DNA of 26,718 nucleotides from Zygnema circumcarinatum SAG 698-1b (Eukaryota; Plantae; Zygnematophyceae): NCBI GenBank assembly GCA_037447605.1, contig JBBHKD010000018.1, positions 1 to 26,718 of the forward strand, read 5' to 3'. Shown piece by piece: positions 18,954 to 26,718 of this stretch (position 1 is its first letter; each line of letters starts with the position of its first letter). The notes under the pieces were generated by a model. It saw only the letters and a program-made list of their open reading frames with translations, ran no database searches and was not told where the DNA came from. The position numbers and the translations under genes were made by a program.

Positions 18954-20135
18954 CATGGTGCCTACGAACTTCACCTCAATCAAGCCCTCCTCGACCAACT
19001 CCCGTACATAATGGTACTGCACCCGAATGTGCTTGGTCCTCTTGTGGAACACAGGGTTTCCCACCAGGGCAATCGACGATTGATTGTCGGTAAACAAGGT
19101 AATCGGTCGTTGGTCCCTCTTGCATTCTTCAAAGAATTGCATGAACCACACTCCTTCCTTCGGCTACGACAGCATTCCATACCGCCCGCTCTATTAACGC
19201 CACCCAGTCCCCGCAACTTCGATCTCCACGAAATCGCTCCCTCCCTCCATTCCTCGTAAAACTAAAAACCCGGGTCGAGCCGCGACGACGTATTATTCTC
19301 CCCAATCCCGAAATCAGAGCAAATTAATCACTGCTGGCCCCTCTCATACCTCGACTCAGAATCAGCCGCCCCTTCACATATATGAAAATCCTCTTCACTG
19401 CCTCCCAATGCTCGAGGCCCGGATTCTCCATGAATCGGCTGGCCGAGCTCACCGCTTTCGCCAAGTCCGGACGCGTTCCGATCATCAAGTACATTAGACT
19501 CCCAATCGCGGATCTGTATGGCACTCCGAACATCTTTTGTGCCTCCGCATCCGACGAAGGTGACATCTCCTTCGAAAGCCTAGTGCCGATCTCCATGGGG
19601 CTGGAACACGGCCTAGCATCCTCCATTCGAAAACGGGCAAGCACATCTGAAGCATACTTCCTTTGACATAGAAACAAGCTTCCATCCCGCCTCTCTTCAA
19701 ATGTAAGATTCCCGCCAGATATCGCGGCCTCCTGATCCGACATTTTCAAATTTTGCTCAGAAAGTACCCTTCAAAGATCTGATCCTTTCAAGGGAGAGGC
19801 TCACCATGATGAGATCGTCGACATAGATCCCAACGAACATGATGTCTGCCCCCCCTCCTTGACGGTACACTGAATGATCTGTCTCAAACCGAGCAAAGTC
19901 ATTCCTCCTCAAAAGATCGTCAATCTTTTCGTACCACACTCTCGGCGCCTGCTTCAAGCCGTACAGGCTCTTCACCAGTCGACAGACTAGGTGCTCCTTC
20001 CCGGGGACGACCTTCCCCTCCGGCTGCTCCATGTAAATCTCTTCCGTGAGATCACCATACAGAAATGCCGTCTTGATGTCCAATTGATGGAAGTGCATTC
20101 CTTCAGCCGCTGCAATGGAAATCAAGGCTCTCAAG
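18954..20135 (-). pseudogene. pol: Copia-A RT and RNase H fragment
   Basis: HFHQLDIKTAFLYGDLTEEIYMEQPEG...LYGLKQAPRVWYEK...IYVDDLIMV; ITLFTDNQSSIALVGNPVFHKRTKHIRVQYHYVRELV. Confidence 0.93.
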
Positions 20136-20787
20136 TGTTAGGGTTAGTGTGCTATAGTTAGACATTGTACGGGTTCACACTAACATTGTTGTGGTCCTCA
20201 GTTGGGAAACGCCAGGGTCTGGCGAAGTAGTGTTCTGGAAATGCGGTCGGGGCCAAATAATAGGTGGCGTCTGCGGCTTTGGTAGCCCGAGGAGGATAAT
20301 GGTGATGTGTGGGGAACGCGTCGAATATAGTCGCGGTCCGCGGGCCCTGTGACAAGGTCAACTTCTGGAGAGGCCAGGTGGCGTACGCGGACAGAGGTAA
20401 TGAGCGGCCTTGAAATCACGGCAACCGGAGATTCGTCGCTGACGGCGCGAATATTATGCGGTCATGGCAAGCGAACATCTTGTAGCGTGACAGCGTCGCG
20501 GGCCAGGCCGGCGGGGATTAGCGCTGAAGCGGGCGACAAGTTAATAGGCCAGGCGATGCGGGCGACACAGGCTGGAGTCGGCGTGGAGTTTCTGAAAGGC
20601 CTTAATTTGGATGTTGAGCGGCGTGCACATTTCTTCGAGCAGCGTGAGGGGCGGTGACGTGGCGTAGGTCAACAAGGGAGAGATGTCCGCGTAACACGGC
20701 CATGGCTGTATATAGGGTTTAGCTTTGTTATGAAGGATAACCACATTAGACTACTGTAGTCCCGTGACTTATTCTGTGCCTGCTCGT
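20136..20787 (+). repeat. Copia LTR (noisy copy) inserted into RT of the minus-strand copia-A, itself cut by another LTR
   Basis: Starts TGTTAGGGTTAGTGTG at 20136. Ends at ...TTATTCTGTGCCTGCTCGT, an internal LTR position, where a new LTR begins. Confidence 0.7.
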
Positions 20788-20941
20788 TGTTAGTGTTAGT
20801 GTATGATAGTTAGACATTGTATGGCACACACTAACTTGTTGTGGTACTCAGTTTGTAGAACATGAGATCTGCTAGGCGTAGTGCTCTTAGATTTAGGAAT
20901 GTCGGTGCTCTGACTCAGGTGAGTGCGCCGTGAGTGCGCGG
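20788..20941 (+). repeat. 5' 154 bp of a copia LTR inserted into the preceding LTR
   Basis: Near-perfect match to the reverse complement of ~18800-18953, up to GAGTGCGCGG. Confidence 0.9.
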
Positions 20942-20958
20942 CACCCTGTACCCTGCAC

Positions 20959-21715
20959 CCTGTATGGCTTGAAGCAGGCGCCGAGAGTGTGGTACGAAAA
21001 GATTGACGATCTTTTGAGGAGGAATGACTTTGCTCGGTTTTGAGGCGAGATCATTGATCAATGCGGAAGTGAAGGAGAGGGGCGGACATCATGTTAAGTA
21101 GGGATCTATGCGGCGATCTCATCATGAGTGAGCCTCTCCACGCCCAGAAAGAATCGGATCTTTGAAGGGTACTTTCTGAGGCAAATTTCAAAATGTCGGA
21201 TGCGGGAGAGCGCGATATCTATGTGGGAATGCGGTGAAGAGGGCGAGGATGGAGCTTGTTTTATGTCAAAGGAAGTATGCCGGATATTAACTTGCCGATT
21301 TCGAATGGAGGATGCTAGGCCGTGTACCAGCCCCATGGAGATCGGCACTAGGCTTTCGAAGGAGATGTCACCTTTGTCAGATGCGGAGGCACAGAAGATG
21401 TTCGGAGTGCCATACAGATCCGCGATTGGGAGTCTAATGTACTTGATGATCGGAACGCGTCCGGACTTGGCAAAGGCGGTGAGCTCGGCCAGTCGGTTCA
21501 TGGAGAATCCGGGCCTTGAGCATTGGGAGGCCGTAAAGAGGATTTTCAGATATGTGAAGGGGACGCTCGATTATGGAATGAGGTATGAGAGGGGGCCAAC
21601 AAGAGTGATTGGCTATACAGACTCAGATTGGGGAGGAGATGTCGATACGTCACGCTCGACTTCGGGGTTCGTTTACCTGAATGGAGGAGGAGCGATTTCG
21701 TGGAGTTCCAAGTTG
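20959..21715 (+). pseudogene. pol: Copia-A RT/RNase H fragment
   Basis: GLKQAPRVWYEKIDDLL; PYRSAIGSLMYLMIGTRPDLAKAVSSASRFMENPG...YTDSDWGGDVDTSRSTSG...SWSSKL. Confidence 0.92.
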
Positions 21716-21725
21716 NNNNNNNNNN

Positions 21726-23108
21726 ATGTCCCCCAATGTCCTATTCACACGTTCAGTTGCTCCATTATTCTGTGGGGAATAGGGGGCTGAGAATTCATGC
21801 CTTATACCGCGGTTCTTCAGAAACGCCGCGAATTCCTTCGATTTGAACTCGCCACCATTGTCCAAACGGAAAGCCTTAAGCTTTTGTCCCGTCTCTGTCT
21901 CCGCCTGGTTCAGCCAGTCTCGAAAGGCTCCGAAAGCCTCTGACTTGTTCTTCAGGAGTGTGATCCAAATCTTCCTCGAATAGTCGTCAAGGAAGGTGAC
22001 AAAGTACCGCGCTCCGCCACTGGTCGCCGGTGTAACTGGGCCACACAAGTCAGAATGTACCAATTCCAACTTTTCGCGCGCTCGATAGGACTCGTCTCCA
22101 CTCCTCACAAATGGTCTCTTGTGCGCCTTGCCCTCCACACATTCTCGGCAAACCCCCAACTCCTTCTCCACTACACCTGGGTCTAGCCCACGGACTAACC
22201 CCTTCTCAGCCAACAGCTTCATTCCTCTGTGGTGTAAGTGACCAAGTCTACGATGCCATACATCTACGGCATTCTCTGAAACTGCATTCACCTCCTCATG
22301 ATTCTCCCTCTTATAATCAAGATAATACAGCCCTCCTCTCTCATAACCCTTGAACAGCTGTCTCCCAGTTTCTGAGTGGATAGCCACGCATGANNNNNNN
22401 NNNCCCGCACATATGTGTGGATGCGCCGGAGTCAATCAGCCACGGCCGCTTCAGGTCCTCTGCCTGAATCCTTCCCACAAAATCGTGCTCAGTATTCTCA
22501 GCCAGCATGAGGTTGCTCTCAACTGCTACCTTGCAGTCTGAACTCTTGTGACCTCTCTTCTTGCACTTGAAACAAGTGCCGCTGAACGCCTTCTTCTCCT
22601 TCTTGCCGGATGAAGTCGCGTTTCCTCCCTTCTCAGGACTGCCCTTGTTCTTGAAACAGTCGCTGGAGTAGTGGCCGGTCTTGCCACATGTGAAGCATGT
22701 CACATTCGAGCGTTCTCCTCGAGCAGATTTCGGGGCGCCTCCTCCTCTTCGATTCGGTCGAGTGTGCAACGCGAGCACCTTCTCTTCGTGGCCGCCGACA
22801 TCCTGAATCGAATCCTCCTCCTTTATCCTACGCTTAACNNNNNNNNNNCGCTCATAACAATCTGCGTCAAGGCTTTGTTGTCCTTGGCCTTCCATCGTGC
22901 GAGCGCCACGTCGTGCTCCGACTGCTGCTCCGCTGAGGCTCCAACCGATAACTCCGGCGCCTTGATGCTGCCATCAACGTACCCAAGCAACCCTTTGCCC
23001 ACAAGCAAAGGCACCAACCTCCATCTCCATGCCTTGTAATCCTGCCCATCAAACGCCGGTATACTGAACTTGACGTGGTCCTCCGCGTCACCATGAGCTC
23101 TGATACCA
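21726..23108 (-). mobile_element. 5' part of a minus-strand copia-A element: PBS, gag (two zinc knuckles), PR, integrase; probably continues at 20135-18954
   Basis: PBS at 23097-23108. Gag IRAHGDAEDHVKFSIPAFDG; CFTCGKTGHYSSDC and CFKCKKRGHKSSDC; WLIDSGASTHMC; VWHRRLGH...LVHSDLCGP...DNGGEF...ERVNRTL. Confidence 0.93.
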
Positions 23109-23119
23109 CNNNNNNNNNN

Positions 23120-26100
23120 AAGAAATGTTGGAACCAAACTCCCTCCTTCGCTGCGTGACATGCTCCCATGTACTCGCCTTCGGTGCTAGACAACGCAACC
23201 GAATCCTGTAGCTTCGAGCTCCATGAGATCGCTCCACCTGCGTTCAAGTAAACAAATCCGGAGGTCGATCGCGATGTGTCCACGTCACCTCCCCAGTCAG
23301 AGTCGGTGTATCCGATCACTCTGTTCAGCCCTCTCTCGTAACGAAGTCCGTACTCCAGGGTCCTTGTGCGAAGCCGGAAGATTGGCTTCACAGCCTCCCG
23401 ATGCTGCGGGCCGGGATTCTCAGTGAGCCGGACTGCAGCGCTCGCGCCTTCGCAACTCGATCGGGCTACGATTCATGGTGCATTAAACTTCCGATAGCCA
23501 GATCTGTACGGCTCCGTGCATGCATGTACCTGGGCGTCCATCGCGGGCTCCCGTATACTTCGACATCAACGCCAATCTCCAGTCGCTGGTACACAGTCGG
23601 CACTCCTCCATATTGAATCTCACTAATACATCCGCCAGCGCATTTTCCTCGACTTAGGAACGACTTCCGCCCTGCCCCTCTTCACAAATGTATCCCCTGT
23701 GAGATACCGCGCCCCTAGATCCCACATTTGAAGTTAGCTTCGTTTTTATCATTGATTCTCTCCAAAGGAGAGACTCACCATAATGAGGTCATCCACGAGA
23801 TCCCAACGATGCGAGATCTCCCTCCCTTCCTTGTCGGTAGACGAATGATCCGTCTCAAAGCGCACAAATCCGTTGCTCCTCAGAAGATCGTCAATCTTCT
23901 CGTACCAGATCCTGGGTGCCTGCTTCAGTCCGTACAGACTCTTCACTGGGCGACAGACGAGATGCTCCTGCCCTGGGACAACTTTCCCCTTCGGGTTGCC
24001 CATGTAGACCTCAGCCAGACCCTCGCATGTAAACGCGGGTCTTTGATATTTTCTCCAATCGATGGACATGCATCCTCGCCACGCGATCGGTGAGCCAGGG
24101 GCACGGAGGAGTTAAACTACTGACACCGCTTAAAAGTCTCCGTAGTCGATTCGCATTTCCTCGCCGTAGCGCCCGGGCCACCGGGCCGCCTTTGTAAATC
24201 TGGCCGACACCCCGTCTCGCTTCACCTCAACACCCACTTGCATCCAATGGCTCTCCTTCCCTTCGGCCACTTCTCCAGTCGCCACGTCCCGTTCTCTATC
24301 AGACTATTCCACTCGCTATCGATCGCTGCTCGCCACTTCGCTCCATCGACCCCATCGTGAGCCTCCCTCGGCCTATGCCCGCTGATCATGTAGCAAACAA
24401 GTAACTCCTCGCGAGGTCAAGCAGAAACCGTAGGCACTCTCCCCGATCAGGGTTAGCCCGCGACGGCCCTCAGACACCAGCCTCCTCACCACACTGGGTG
24501 TTCGCCGTCCTTGGCGCTCTCCCACTCCTCGAAGTTGAAGAAAATTCCGGGAACAAATCCAGGCATCCTTTGCCCCTCATCGCCTCCCTCCCCTGGCCAT
24601 ATCCAAGTCCCACTCGGCCCCGCGTAAAGGTACGCTGACCGAAGTCTCATCTAACAACAGTGAGTGTGTAGTGGGGCCGCCTCCATCGATTTCTCCCGCC
24701 CTCGCTATGCACTGGAAACACTCCCGCCCGCCTCGACGCGCTCGGGTATCGCTTCCCGAAGTTAGCTCTTCGCCTCCCAAGCATGCCATCTCCTCCAAAG
24801 CCTGGGACCGAGGCTTCAACGCCTCTCCTCAGCTGGTCTCCACGCCCTCATACACAATCTCCAATTCTGCCCTTTGGGCTGACTCACCTAGCCGTGTCAC
24901 CGCCCTTTCCGTCGCCCACTGCCATGTCCCCTCAGCTCTGCATTCCTTCGCCTTGGGTTCCAAACCCTGGAGGTGCGGGCTGCCCATGTCTGCAGCCGAG
25001 AACACAGCCGCTCCACCGGCTCGCGGGCCCAGCTTCCTCTTCCGTCTCGCCTTCGGACCGCCAGCACGTGCCTTGAGCCTTCACGACACAGGCACCCCGC
25101 TTTCTCCCACTCCACACCTCCTCAGGAACCTGGTCCTTGAGCACAGAAGATGGGCATCTATTCCTAAGGTAAGCTGCGGTCATCACCGCCTCTCCCTCCC
25201 AGAAAGAAGCCGGGAAGGGGGAATCTATGAGCATGGTCCGCGTCATGTCCCCCCAATGTCCTACTTTATCTTTTCAATGTTCCATTACTTTGAGGAAGGA
25301 GGGGGATACAGAATTCATGCCTAATTCCACGAGTCTTGAGGTACTCGCCGAACTCCATCGACTTGAACTCCCCTCCGTTGTCTGAGCGCAGAGTCTTCAG
25401 TTCTCGCCCGCTTTCTCGCTCCATCTGAGTCCTCCAATCCTCGGAGGCTCCGAAAGCCCGAGACTTGTCCCCAGAATTCTCCACCCAAATTCTCTCGAAT
25501 GATCGAGAAAAGTGATGGAGTACCGAGCTCCTCTCACTCGTTGCCGGTGTCACGTGCCACAAAGGTCGGTGAACCAACCCCGTGCTCCTGCGCACTGCAC
25601 GCCTCCTCCCGCGCTCTCGCTGGCGGGCTCTGATGCTTCCCCTCTACACACTCCTTGCAAAAGCCGAGCTCCTTCTCCACGACATCAACGTCTAACCCAC
25701 GGACCAGCCCCTAAGCAGCAAGCTCTTGCACCCCCCGATGGCTTAGATGCTCAGTCTTATCATGCCCACAGATTCATGGGAGTTCCAGCCAACTCATCAC
25801 ATCTACATCTCTGCCCTTCTCATAATGAAGATAATACAGGCCTCCCTTCTCATACCCCTCAAACAGCCGCTTCCCCGTCACTGCGTGAGTAGCTACGCAA
25901 GACTTCTCCTTGAACGTGATCTCGTACCCCCTCTTACACACCTGGCTAACAGACATGAAGTTCTGTTTCAGCTCGGGGGTGTGGAGTACATCACCGATAC
26001 ACAAACGCTCCTCCCTCTCCTCTTCGTAGATGACAGAGCCGTCTCCGAGAATCATCTTGACTACTCCACCCTTCGTGACTGTCACTCCCTCTCCGGTTGC

Positions 26101-26718
26101 GAGTGAACAGATCGAGTCTTCTCCAGCGTGTCCAACGTGGAGAACATCTGCTTGTCGCCACACATGTGTGTGGAAGCGCCTGAATCGATCAACCAGGGCC
26201 GCTTCAGATCCTGAACCTGGATCTTCCCAACAAAGCCTAGAACCTTCGGGCTTCCAGCTTCTATCATCAGGTCTGCTCCATTTGATCCTCTGCATTCAGG
26301 TGCTCTCGTGACCTCCGCTTCTTGCACTTGAAGCAGATCCCTTGAAGCCTTTCTTCCTTCCCTGTTGATGCGCGCGCCTCCCTCCCTCCCCATCTCCGGG
26401 GACTCTTGCCTTGTAAGGCCCTTGAGTAGTGGCCAGCCTTGCCACATGGCACACGCTCCCGGGGAAGGTGTTCTCCTCGGTCCGACTTCGGCGACCTCCC
26501 TTTGGTCTTGTCGTGAGCTGCATGCTAGCACCTTCCTCGGTGTCTCGGTGCTTGACGGTGTCCTCCTCTCTACTCCGCTTCACTTGCTCAAGGGTCATTT
26601 TCGAGTTTGTTAGACAGCCTAGCGCTGCGGCTGTGAGATCAAATCTACAGGCTTAACCTGTAAATGGCTACTCTTACTGTCAGGCTGACCGGTTTCCGCA
26701 GAGCTACTGGGCCTCTTG
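23120..26718 (-). mobile_element. Minus-strand copia element (B-related variant), gag to RNase H, mostly noisy; runs off the window end
   Basis: RNase H YTDSDWGGDVDTSRSTSG (23120-23390), RT LYGLKQAPRIWYEK (~23900), integrase LRSDNGGEFKS (~25380) and PR region KMILGDGSVIYEEEREERLCIGDVLHTPELKQNF (~25950-26230). Confidence 0.88.

Larger units (their letters stand above)
1000..23119. other. Fourteen 10-N assembly gaps (starting 1000, 1538, 2079, 2310, 11393, 12048, 12420, 12757, 13328, 14252, 21716, 22394, 22839, 23110)
   Basis: Runs of 10 N. Flanking protein domains show that hundreds to thousands of bases are missing at several of them. Confidence 0.95.

Noticed and set aside
1-26718. Host genes, env-like ORFs or rRNA among the many short ORFs
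   Set aside because: The remaining ORFs are antisense or alternate-frame shadows of retroelement sequence, or LTR-derived, with no recognisable motifs.

Overview
The whole 26.7 kb window is a nest of eukaryotic (plant/green-alga-like) LTR retrotransposons in a gappy assembly with 14 gaps of 10 N; no host gene is visible. The left half is a stack confirmed by target-site duplications (TSDs). A Ty1/copia element (+) is interrupted in gag by a Ty3/gypsy element (740-11576, -, TSD CAAAG). The gypsy gag is in turn interrupted by a full-length copia element (4001-10196, TSD TCCAT) and by a 470-bp non-coding TRIM (10306-10775, TSD CGCAC). The right half holds more copia copies and fragments in both orientations, an LTR with mismatched flanks, an LTR inside an LTR, and an LTR-to-RT junction with filler DNA. 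The main finding is that the TRIM's 130-bp LTRs carry a tRNA-like Pol III A/B-box cassette, a tRNA counterpart of the 5S cassette in Cassandra elements. The gypsy LTR carries a similar cassette followed by TTTT and shares both LTR termini and their hairpins with the TRIM. This suggests an autonomous/non-autonomous pair built on a tRNA-derived promoter. Many stretches look like unpolished long-read sequence, so frameshifts and LTR divergence there cannot be read as real decay.
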